Source of the DNA: Okamejei kenojei
Lineage: Eukaryota
NCBI GenBank assembly: GCA_035221665.1
Contig: CM069146.1
Span: 58,342,001 to 58,406,000 of the forward strand
Length of the DNA: 64,000 nucleotides
Direction of reading: 5' to 3'
In this document: piece by piece, positions 52,663-64,000 of the stretch
Position numbering within the stretch: the stretch's first letter is position 1
Layout: every line of letters begins with the position of its first letter
Program-made: the position numbers and the translations under genes
The notes under the pieces: model-generated
What the model was told of the DNA's origin: nothing
Databases searched by the model: none
The model's input: only the letters and a program-made list of their open reading frames with translations

Positions 52663-53502
52663 CTGTCATCTCACGCAGCAGATCTGAGGGCTAACATTTA
52701 CGGGCAGCTGGAGCGTAGAATTGTCTGCAAGCTAAGTTCAATGTGACCTTTACATTGAGATTCAGAGCAGTCCTGCTGCAGCTATGTATGGGGGCTCTTC
52801 CTATAGAGGGCAACAAATCCTTATTGGCAATGATTTAGAAGCTGTTACTTTACAAACATATTGGTTCCAGGCAGGGGAAGGTGTGAGCGCACTCAGCGGA
52901 TGAGATCCACCTGACCTATTCTGCTGGACAGATGTTGTTAAGCTGCAAAGAGCGCAGAGAAGATGTACGGGAATGTTGCCAGGACTCGAGGGCCTGATCT
53001 ATTGGGAGAGGTTAGGCTGGCTAGGACTTTATTCCATGGAGCAAGAGGATGCGGAGTGATAGAGGTGTATGAAATCATGAGATGGATAGTGTTAATGTAG
53101 TCTAAGACACACAGTAAGGACATCAATAACTAGGGGACATAGGTTTAAAGCAGGAGGTGAAAGATTTAATATGAACCTGAGGAGCAACCATTACACACAG
53201 AGGTCGGTAGGTATATGGAATGAGCTGCCAGAGGAGGTAATTGAGGCAGGTGCTATAAAAGACATTTAGACAGGTACATGTATAAGAGAGGTTTAGGGGG
53301 ATATGGGCCAAATATGGCCACGTGGGACTAGCGTAGATGAGGCGATTTGTTCAGCATGGACGTTGGGCCAAAGGGCCTATTTCTGTTCTGTACGACTCTT
53401 CCCGTCTGTCTATCCCGCACCCTCTGAATGCCTGTGCCTTTGGCCACTGTCCTCCTGCCCTGGGATGTGTCAGGCAGTAAAGACCATGGATCGGGCTCCT
53501 AC

Positions 53503-53662
53503 CTTCAGTTTACAATAGCAATCCATCACTTCAGCAGATGTTGACCAGTACAGACATGGAATGTCCCTCTGTTCATACCAGTGTTCTGATGCATAGTCCA
53601 GACTGGCTGATAAACAACTAGTTTCACCAGCGTTGTCAATTAGTTGTTGTACACATGCACAT
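53503..53662 (-). CDS. Uncharacterized gene, internal exon abutting the gap
   Basis: CAG at the gap edge, donor AAG|GTAGGA, open frame CACVQQLIDN..HWYEQRDIPCLYWSTSAEVMDCYCKLK. Confidence 0.55.
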
Positions 53663-53665
53663 CTG

Positions 53666-53838
53666 NNNNNNNNNNNNNNNNNNNNNNNNNNNNNNNNNNN
53701 NNNNNNNNNNNNNNNNNNNNNNNNNNNNNNNNNNNNNNNNNNNNNNNNNNNNNNNNNNNNNNNNNNNNNNNNNNNNNNNNNNNNNNNNNNNNNNNNNNNN
53801 NNNNNNNNNNNNNNNNNNNNNNNNNNNNNNNNNNNNNN
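53666..53838. other. Assembly gap (N run)
   Basis: Run of N. Confidence 1.
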
Positions 53839-54410
53839 GTGTATGTACATGTGTGTATGTACATATCTGTACTTGTGTGTATGTGTCTACATGTGTGTGT
53901 ATGCATGTATGTACATGTGTGTTTGCACATGTCTATACATGTGCATGTATGCGTGTGTACATGTGTGAGTATGTGTGTATGCGTATATGTACGTGTGTAT
54001 GGTGTGTGTATGAGTGTATGTACATGTGTGTACATACATGTGTGTATGCATGTGTGTACATGTGTGTATGCATGTATGTACATGTGTGTACATATATGTG
54101 GGTGTACATGTGTGTGTGTGTGAGTGTGTACATGTGTGTGTACATGTGTGTGTACATATGTATGTACTTATGTGTACATGTATGTGTATGTGTGCGTGTA
54201 CATGTGTGTATCCATGTATGTACATGTGTGTACATATGTGTGGGTGTACGTGTGTGTGCGCGAGTGTGAACATGTGTGTGTACGTGTGTATGCGTGTGTG
54301 TACATGTGTATGTATGTGTTATGTACTTGTGTGTACCTGTGTGTGTACATGTGTGTACATGCATGTCTACATGTGTGTAAGCGTGTGTGAAAGCGTGTGT
54401 GTACATGTAC
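53839..54410. repeat. Degenerate (TG/TA/CA) alternating purine-pyrimidine microsatellite
   Basis: GTGTACATGTGTGT-type units; continues at about 55899-55955 after the CR1. Confidence 0.95.
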
Positions 54411-55898
54411 ATTAGAAACGGGAATAGTGCCGGAGGATTGGACGTACTGCGCATGTTGTTCCATTGTTTAAAAAGGGTTCAAAGAATAAACCCAGCAATT
54501 GTAGACCTATTAGTTTGACGTCAGTGGTGGGCAAATTAATGGAAAGGATACTTAGAGATAATATATATAAGCATCTGGATAAACAGGGTCTGATCAGGAA
54601 CAGTCAACATGGATTTGTGCCTGGAAGGTCATGTTTGACAAACCTTCTTGAATTTTTTGAAGCGGTAACTAGGGAAATTGATGAAGGTAAAGCAGCGGAT
54701 GTTGTCTATATGGATTTCAGTAAGGCCTTTGACAAGGTTCCCCATGGAAGGTTGGTTAAGAAGGTTCAATCTTTGGGTGTTAATGGCGGAGTAGCAAGAT
54801 GGATTCAACAGTGGCTGAATGGGAGATGTCAGAGAGTAATGGTGGATGGCTGTTTGTCAGGTTGGAAGCCAGTGACCAATGGGGTGCCTCAGGGATCTGT
54901 GTTGGGTCCACTGTTGTTTGTCATGTACATCAATGATCTGGATGATGGGGTGGAAAATTGGATAAGTAAGTATGCAGATGATACTAAGATAGGTGGTGTT
55001 GTGGATAATGAAGTAGATTTTCAAAGTCTACAGAGAGATTTGGGCCATTTGGAAAAGTGGGCTGAAAGATGGCAGATGGAGTTTAATGCTGTTAAGTGTG
55101 AAGTGCTACATCTTGGCAGGACAAATCAAAATAGGACGTACATGGTAAATGGTAGGGAATTGAGGAATGCTGTGGAACAGAGGGATCTAGGAATAACTGT
55201 GCATAGTTCCCTGAAGGTGGAATCGCATGTAGATAGGGTGGTAAAGAAAGCCTTTGGTGTGCTGGCCTTTATAAATCAGAGCATTGAATATAGTAGTAGG
55301 GAAGTAATGTTAAAATTGTACAAGGCATTGGTAAGACCAATTCTGGAGTATGGTGTACAATTTTGGTCGCCTAGTTATAGGAAGGATGTCAACAAAATAG
55401 AGAGAGTACAGAGGAGATTTACTAGAATGTTCCCAGGGTTCCAGTAACTATGTTACAGAGAAAGGTTGAACAAGTTAGGTCTTCATTCTTTGGAGCGCAG
55501 AAGGTTAAGGGGGGACTTGATTGAGGTCTTTAAAATGATGAAAGGGATGGACAGAGTTGACATGGATAAGCTTTTCCCATTGAGGGTAGGGAAGATTCAA
55601 GCAAGAGGGCATAACATGAGAATTAAGGGACAGAAGTTTAGGGGTAACGTGAGGGGGAACTTCTTTACTCAGAGGGTGGTGGCTGTGTGGAATGAGCTTC
55701 CAGCAGAAGTGGTGGAGGCAGGATCGATTTTAACATTTAAGAGTAAAGTGGATAGGTATATGGACGTGAAGGGAATGGATGGAGGGGTATGGTCTGAGTG
55801 CAGGTAGATGGGACTAGGGGAAAACAAATGGTTGGCACGGACTGGAAGGGCCGAGAGGGCCTGTTTCCGTGCTGTAATTGTTATATGTTATATGGTTA
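54411..55898 (+). mobile_element. Young 5'-truncated CR1 LINE with nearly intact RT domain
   Basis: RPISLTS, QHGF, DFSKAFD, GVPQGSVLGP, YADD in a 327-aa ORF; one in-frame stop at 55445 and the frame continues to 55807; GTTATAT-type tail. Confidence 0.95.
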
Positions 55899-57382
55899 TG
55901 TGTGTGCGTGTGTGTACGTGTGTGTATACATTTGTGTACGTGTGTGTACATGCGCACCTGAACGTATGTGAGATAAACATCGAATCCAAAGTAGACATTT
56001 CTGCACTGAGGTCCCAATAAGTGTCGTGCTGTAAATTAAGCAGATCACACTGAGAAAACATACACCATGTGTTTGAATTCAATTCACAATTATTTTGTTT
56101 ATTTGCCCAATTGTTCTTTATAATTACTTTTATATTTGGTTGTTATTGTTTCATGTAAATGTTAACAATACTCAAATCGGCTCTGATAAAATGGTTTCCT
56201 TCTGATCTTCCTATGGGAGCAATTAATTAAACTGCATCCCTGTTTAAGAGCAGATGGCTGATTGTAAGTTAGAGAGTGAGTGATAATGAGCCTGGGGTTG
56301 GGCCACTGGCGTTGCCCTCCAGTACAAAACACACTTAGACGCCACGGCACCTTATCTCCACATGCCCATCTGTGGTACCCTGATTCAAAATATGAACTGC
56401 TACCTCCAATGAACGCCTTGCGTGGAAACTTATGGAAAGGAAGAGGCCTGTGTGGGCCTGTGGTTACCATGCAACATGCAGAGAGTAACTAAACAACCTG
56501 AACAGCTGGCCCATGTAAATCAACCTCCAAACAGCGAGTTTAGCTCCTCGCCTTAATAGTTCTTTGGTCGGTACTTCCCAGCAACAAAAAAAGCCGGCTC
56601 CTTTTTGAGATTAATAAACAAAAATATTACAAACCTCATGCTTGAACTGGAACTAAAACGAAAGCAAAGCTTCCTGTTTGTACCATTTGGTTACCAATAA
56701 TGAGAGTAAAACAGCCGGTTATTGAAGATGTGCAATTATTGAACACAGGGGTTGCAAACTATTCTGAAAAGAACTTACAAAAATTACAGAGAAGGAAAAG
56801 GAGGATTTCAAATGCACCAAAGTAGCAACAACAAATCAAAGGCATGTGAACAAAATATATTCTTTAAATATACAGTGGTGCTGCATAAAATTAAAAATAG
56901 CAGTTTAATTTAGTAGCTACAAACTGACAGGTGGAGTCTGACTGCTCCACACACCTGGAACAGAACAGTGTGTAATACCCTTCATCCAGCTCACTGGCAG
57001 AACAAGGAAATGTTGTGTAGCCAAACAACCACACACTCTGGCCAAGAAAATCAGTATTGCTTCCCTTTAGAAAATACTATCGGCTGTCAAACTGCTTATT
57101 AGCTATAATGGATAGGAATTATTGACACTTGTTCTGGGTTGACTGCTCATAGAACATAGAGCTACAGTACCACACAGGAACAGCTCTTTGGCCCACAGCA
57201 GAAGATGATGCCAAGCCCAGCACTTATCTGCCTGCAAACCAACTCTTATCCAACTCCAAGAACAGGGCTGACATCTCCTCTCCTCTCCCCCCACCTCCCA
57301 CCAGCTTCCCCCCCACCAATTGTGTGCATCCTTTAAATCTCATCTGTACTATTTTTCCAGAGTTCCACATTGTCAGTAACTT

Positions 57383-57540
57383 GTGCAGGAAGGAACTGTA
57401 GATGCGGGTTTAAACCAAAGATAGACACAAAAAACCTGAAGTTTTTAATTCTGAAGAAGAGTCTCGACCCAAAACGTCACCGATTCCTTCTCTCCAGATA
57501 TGCTCTCTGTCCCGCTGAGTTACTCCAGCTTTTTGTGTCT
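57383..57540. mobile_element. Short inverted Penelope-tail element
   Basis: Two opposed tail halves with the motif at 57451-78; 14-bp TSD ATTGTCAGTAACTT at 57369-82 and 57541-54. Confidence 0.85.
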
Positions 57541-60257
57541 ATTGTCAGTAACTTCCCTGAAACATTCTGAAAGGATTGCAAAATCCTGTAGCTTCAGTTG
57601 CGATCCAACACTGGTGTTCTGCCATGTAGCAGACGCCGACTTCAGGAACAGTTTTCCTCACAACTTTGACATCAAAAAGTCACCCTCAAGGGTTAATACC
57701 ACAATATAAACGGCACTCTCAGCTGCTGGGTGGTGTTGGCAAGGAACAATGGAGCTACAATGGTGGGAGGGTGTGGGTAAGGCCTCTCAGCAGGGCAGGC
57801 AATGTTGCTGATGTGCTGTGTGTGTGCAGGAGGTAGTCCTCTTCCGCAAGAAGAGACCGACTGTAAGGGCACGACCCGCCTCTACGGACAAAAAATAGTC
57901 TCCAACAATTGGCTGCAGACACTTTCTGAGTTGAAATTGTCAGTTCTAGCATGTGCATTCATTAAATCTCAGCTGCACAGGATTAGCTGGCAATTATGGA
58001 AGGATAATTTGGCCACAGATCAGTACAATACAGGAAGTATTTTACCTATAATTAACAATGGCTGATATTCAAGTCACTTGCAGCAAATCAGTCACCACAC
58101 TATCCCAACTAACAGACTTTTACCTAACTTACAATGTCATCCACATTTATGACCAAACACCCTGTAAAACTGTAAGATAAAACTGTGATGTGTTTATAAT
58201 AGTGATTTCACATTCCAAATTGAGTTATAAATTTGTCAAACAACTTGAATTTTAATGTTTACTATGAAGTAAATGGGCCAAAACAACTGTATGTTTAGAT
58301 ATTCAGCACGGACTAGCTCTGAGCCACAGTCCATGCCGACCATCGATCACTCGTTCACACTAGTTCCGTGTTATCCCACAGGGACTATATACAGTGGCCA
58401 ATTATCCTGCAAACTCGCGTGTCTGTGGCGTGTGGGCAAAATTGGAGCACCCGGAGAAAATGCACAACTCCACACAGACAGCAGCCAAAGTTACGATCGA
58501 ACCAGGGTCTCTGGCGCTGTGATGCAGCCCAATGACAGATACATTTTCTAACAAATGCAACTCGTACACAGGGTAGGATAGTCCGTGTTTATTCCAACAG
58601 TTACTTTGAAACCTCTGCAATTTTTTTGAGCTAAAATAGCCCTGAGTTCAGTCTCAAACCTGGCTGCAGGTCAACTGGTGAGGTAAATTCAAATCCTTCT
58701 CATTCATTAAATGATTTTGGGAAATAAATCCTTTTGCTCTGCTCCAAACGAAGATTTGTGTGAGTTCAGGCCTACACCTGGAACAAAACTGGATAAAATA
58801 TCAACAGCATATGGTGTAGATTTGGATGGGAATGGTCTATAAAATGTTTAACATTGACTCACGCACCTGGTCGGGAATGGGCAAGGAGCTTCCAGTTGCT
58901 GATCATCTAGAATCCTCTCTCAGATGTTCAGGTAAGGCTTTGTGATATTCAGGTACCCTGTCTCCAGATGAAGGGACTCGACCCGAAATGTCACCTATTC
59001 CTTTCCTCCAGAGATGCCTTCTGACCTGCTGAGTTACTCCAGCATCTTTGGTGTAAACCAGCATCTGCAGTTCCTTCATTCATATTTTGTCTCTAGCACA
59101 GTCATCACAGCTGGATGTCCTCCTGCATTCTGAGGATTAGCTCGTCTCCTGGAGGTGAGTTACAACATGATAGCAAGACAGTGTTGGTGATGGCACGGGT
59201 CTTCACTGACATCCACTCCTCTCCCTTCTCAGTACATTTATTTTCTAAATGTTCCAAGTTTAGATATCATCAACTTGAAACATTAACTGCAACATTGCCG
59301 TGCTTCCATTCAAACATGAACTCTTCCTTTCTCCACCTGCAGACCATTTCCAACACTTCTGTTCTGACTTCAGATTTAGTCTTTTGTTTTTAACTCATGG
59401 TTCACTTATTTTACACGTGAATTAGGAGCGGGGTAATCCCCGCCACCATCTCCCCTCTAACCCCAAGCACCCCTCCCCCACTCTGCCCCTCCCCAACTCC
59501 AACCTGCTCCTTCACTAATAATGTCAGGCCTGAACTAATTCCAATCTTTGCATTTTTGACGACCACTATCAAAAGCTGTAAAGGATTATTCAAAGCATTA
59601 AACCTTCAACCTGTGCATGAGGTTATTCTCAGAGCTCCAGCCACACACTGTGCATGGACACACAAGGATGACATGTTGAGTTAGCATGCTCATGATGTGT
59701 GGCAGTCCTGAGCCACCGTTCCAGCACTCGTTCAAGGTGAACGGAATGGGGGATTGGCTTCATGCCTGAAAGGAGACTTTCTTTATCCAGTCTCAGTCTA
59801 ACAATGAAGCTGTCAGAACAGAAATAACAAGTACTTTCCAATGCTGGAATATGTCCTTGCAATAGATTATGCAGTCAATTGAGGAAGCTTCCAGTGTGGG
59901 CTTTTCAAAATTATTGTAGGGTTGTGCATTTGCACCAATGTAGAGACACAAGTGAACAAGGACAGAGTGCAGGGAAGATTTGCGGGAAACTTGCCAAGAC
60001 TTTAGTAGCTAAGCTCCATGGTGATATGGAGCAGGCTAGGACTTATTCCTTGGATCATAGGAGGCTGATCTTATAGGGTATAAAATCTTTAGGGAAATAT
60101 ATAGGGTGAATACATTGAGTAATTTTCCCAGCGTAGATTTTCAAAAATAAGACATATGTTTAAGGTGAGAGGGAAAGATTTAATATCCAGCTGACGGGCA
60201 ATCTTTCCACTCAGAAGGTGATGGGCGCATGGAATGAGCTGCCGGTTGTGGTACTTC

Positions 60258-60545
60258 AGTTTCATTGATACAGCGCGGAAACAGGCCCTCTGGCCCACTG
60301 AGCCCGCGCCGACCAGTGATCCCCACACATTAACACTATCCTACACACACTAGGGACAATTTTTAAATGTATACCAAGCCAATGAACCTACAAACCTGCA
60401 AGTCTTTGGAGTGTGGGAGGAAACCAAAGATCTTGGAGAAAACCCACACGATCACGGGGAGAAGTTACAAACTCCGTACAGACAGCAGCCGTAGTCAGGA
60501 TCAAACCCGAGTGTTGTAAGGCAGAAACTACCGCTGTGCCACCCT
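60258..60545 (-). mobile_element. HE1-like SINE nested in an old CR1 3' fragment
   Basis: Reverse complement of the 36954-37256 SINE; CR1 tail sequence on both sides (about 59960-60257 and 60560-60690). Confidence 0.8.
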
Positions 60546-63456
60546 ATAACAACACTATAACAACATTTAAAATACTTTGGACAGGTACATGGATAGGACA
60601 GGTTTATATGGATATGGACCAACTGTGGGCTAGCTTAGATGGGGCATCTTGGTCGGGATGGACGGGTTGGGCTGAACGGCCTGTAGGACTATGACAAGCG
60701 ACTGCAGAAGCTGGAATCTGGTGCAGCGAACTATCTGCTGGAGGGATTCAGTGCGTCAGACAGGAGGTCAGTCTCAATCACTAGCAAGCAGAGTACTTGC
60801 TGGGAAAGTTGTTGCAGCCAGAGACAGCCTCAAGGCAGGGTATGACAAATAACGCCTACAATTATGTTCCAGAGCTGATCCACCCACAGCCTGACAGCCT
60901 CATGAACAACAGCTGCGATGTACCACCCACACCGTGGGCTGTAGGCCTGGTTCACACACCAACTCCGTCCATTCATTATCATTATTGTTTGCCCAAACAT
61001 GAAAATACTCCAAAGAAGAAATAATTGGTTCAATGGTTCTTTATAAACTATCATAATTTTATTTCCTTTTTGTTGATTTTGTTCAAAGTTCCTTAACATG
61101 ATGTTTCCTATTAATGCTGGTATAAGATGCATGGTTCCTTTGGCACTCCAGTGAGGAAGGATTGTATTTTTGGAAGTGAGGCCCTGCTTGTTCGCTCAAT
61201 GTTAATAACAACCTCCCATATGACGATTTTGAAGGGAGTTGCCCTGGCGAGAGACTGCAATTAACAGCACTAAAAAATGGATGATCTCATCATCACCACA
61301 TCGTGGGAATTTGCGGTGACCAAATAGTTATTGTTTCTTACCTTAACAATAACTGCACTTCAAAATTATTTAAACAAAATACAATGGAAGTGCAGAGTAA
61401 AAACATAACATGTGGATCATGTACATCAGAACCAAAAGTTTCTCCTGTGCAAGTAGAAACAGAGTAATAGGCGTCACATTTATTTCTAATGATGTGACGA
61501 CAGGTCAACAGGGTGAAATATTAAAGTGTTTAAGAAAGAACTGCCGATGCTGGAACAATCAAAGGTAGACAAAAAATGCTGGAGAAACTCAGCAGGTGAG
61601 GCAGCATCTATGGAGAGAAGGAATAGGCGACTTTTTGGGTCGAGACCCTTCTTCAGATGGTTCGGGTCAAGACCCTGCTTCAAATATTAACTGTTTCCCC
61701 CTCTATTTACTCCACCTGAACTGTGGGCGTTTCCAGCATATAGTATACATATAGTATAAGTACAGGTTGTGAAAGGTTTGCTGTAAGTTGCCTAACATTT
61801 CTTCTCTTAACATACAGATTATTCCTAATGATGAGGAGAGACCAGCAGAGTAAATTAAATATACTTTCCTTTTACGGCTGGATAAACTTCAGCTCAGCAC
61901 TGATGATCTGAGCTCTGAGTCTCAGACACTGTCGTGCATCTAGCATGGACAAGGTTACATACACACTTTGTCCCCAGGTGCAGAAACAGGGCAGAAAAGT
62001 TTGACTATGAAAGAGGCAGGAATGGATCAGTGTTGGAGGATTCTCATCTCTTGTCAAACATTGTCTACCATATCCTGAGGGACACGAAAGGAAAAACTAA
62101 AGAAAATGGCTGCATAGGGGTTAATCATGTGGTTCAGACTAGATCTGACGTATTGTATCTGAATCATCTACAGCAGGCAACGATTCATTAGAGCGCTAAC
62201 TTGCTGGTCTCGTCCGACAATTATCTGCACAGCATTCAATTCAAGAAAGAAGTCAGCACTTGCCTTGAATAGGAAACCCAGAGGTGAGATGTAAACTTGT
62301 TCTAATACAGTGAGATCCTCCGGAGGTTTGGCTTTATAACATCTTCAAGCAGACAGTGAAAGAGGCAGAGGACAGGACATAGCATTGGAGATGTCACTTG
62401 CGGCTCTTGCTGTCGGACAATAGATATTGAAATGGTTTAGGCTACAATTCATGATACAATAACAAGAGCAACAAAGACTAATTGAAGATATTTCTAAGCA
62501 GCTCAAACATTAATGGCAACTGTTCATTTTTAGCTCATGAGTCAGACAGTTTGGTGTAATAATGAATGTCATGTGGTGATTAAGGCTTCTTGGGCCATAA
62601 TAAGTATTCCATGAGATATAAGTGTAGAAGCTATCTAGAGGTTACAAAGAGACGTAGAAAGGGCCAAGGACTGGGAAATGTATGTGGGGAAACTGATATT
62701 GTCCATTTTGGCAAGAAAAGTGAAAAAAAGCATGACATCAATGATGAGATATTGCTGAGCTTTGAGATACACGGGGAAATGTGTATGTAGCGCCTTATTG
62801 TGCAGCAACAAACTGCTGGAGGAACTCAGCGGTCAATCAGATACGGTGCAGGGTCTCGACCTGAAACATTTTTGCATGTCTTTCATTCATTGTTCTTTAT
62901 CTCTCCATTCCACCGTCTATATCTCTCCTTTCCCTTTTCCCTAACTAGTCTGGAGAAGGGTCTTGATCTGAAATATCACCCATTCCTTCACTCCAGAGAT
63001 GCTGCCTGTCCCGCTGAGTTACCCCAGGTTTTTGTGTCTATTATCCAAAACATTGACTGTCCATCTTCTCCCACAGATGCGGCCTGACCCACTGAGTTCT
63101 CGATGAGTGATATTGATGAGTGATATTGATTAGTGATTGTGGTATTTACAAATCTTTCAATACATTGCAACTTTGGTGGATCTGTAAGAGAGGCACGTGG
63201 ACAGGTCATGTTAATTGAATGAGTATCAAAATACTCACTCTGCTTGAACTTACTTTTGAGAAAAATTTCAAGATAGCAACTTTGATGATGATGTTAAATG
63301 TCCATTTTAAATTTTGACTGTTACATACAGGCAGAGCTATTGTGCAGGTCAATGTTGGCAAATGGGACAGGAGAGGAGGTTTTGCTCAGGGACATTCTTT
63401 ATGGGAGAAGCATTGAGTTGAATTAAGTTTATTGTCAAGTTTATTGTCATTTGCAG

Positions 63457-64000
63457 GAATGAATGAATGAATGAATAAGTTTATTGGCCAAGTATTCACA
63501 TACAAGGAATTTGCCTTGGTGCTCCGCCCACAAGTGACAACATGACATACAGTGACAGTTAAGAATCACACATAAAACATTAATAATAAAACATTATTGT
63601 TTAAACATGTGAATTAAATTAAATACCAGAGCAAAAGGAGGCTACAGATTTTTGGTTATTGAGTAGAGCTACTACCTGTGGGAAAAAGCTGTTTTTATGT
63701 CTGGCTGTGGCAGCTTTGACACAGTCCGGAGTCGCCTTCCAGAAGGGATTCAAAAAGTTTATGACCAGGGTGAGAGGGGTCAGAGATGATCTTGCCCGCT
63801 CGCTTCCTGGCCCTTGCAGTGTACAGTTCATCAATGGAGGGAAGGTTGCAGCCAATAATCTTCTCTGCTGATCGGACGATTCGCTGCAGCCTCCGGGTGT
63901 CGTGCTTGGTGGCTGAGCCAAACCAGACCATGATGGAGAAGGTGAGGACAGACTCTACGATGGCCGTGTAGAATCGGACCATCATTGCCTGTGGCAGATT
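63457..64000 (-). mobile_element. Rex1/Babar LINE 3' part (runs off the window)
   Basis: FYTAIVESVLTFSIMVWFGS..LQRIVRSAEKIIG..DPSHPGHKLF..SFFPQ; (ATTC)n tail at about 63457-63476. Confidence 0.9.

Noticed and set aside
53633-54464. Many long overlapping ORFs (C/V/M/Y- or H/T-rich)
   Set aside because: Translation of a TG/CA microsatellite and the N-gap; not genes.
46000-64000. PRKCD, expected from synteny
   Set aside because: No kinase, C1 or C2 motifs found on either strand; presumably beyond the window.

Overview
Vertebrate genomic DNA, very probably a cartilaginous fish (skate/ray), inferred from HE1-type SINEs, HER1/CR1 LINEs and Penelope-derived repeats. Two assembly gaps (288-438, 53666-53838). 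The + strand carries the last four recognisable coding exons of DCP1A (5292-15863, with a one-base frameshift near 7161) and a complete 14-exon transketolase gene, TKT (22774-45685, 628 aa, CpG-island promoter), in the same order as in other jawed vertebrates. Hand-splicing reveals an unrecognised gene on the - strand convergent with TKT: 8 phase-compatible, stop-free exons from 53662 to 46707. The last DCP1A intron holds a 4.9-kb DIRS-type tyrosine-recombinase retrotransposon with near-perfect ITR/ICR termini, wrecked internal genes and an 8-bp crossover core repeated at both ends. The rest is repeats: two Tc1 elements, a Helitron, L1, CR1, Rex1/Babar, RTE and Penelope fragments, SINEs, and more than a dozen short Penelope-tail elements with a minimal hammerhead-ribozyme-like motif. 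All homology calls are from recalled motifs; no searches were run.
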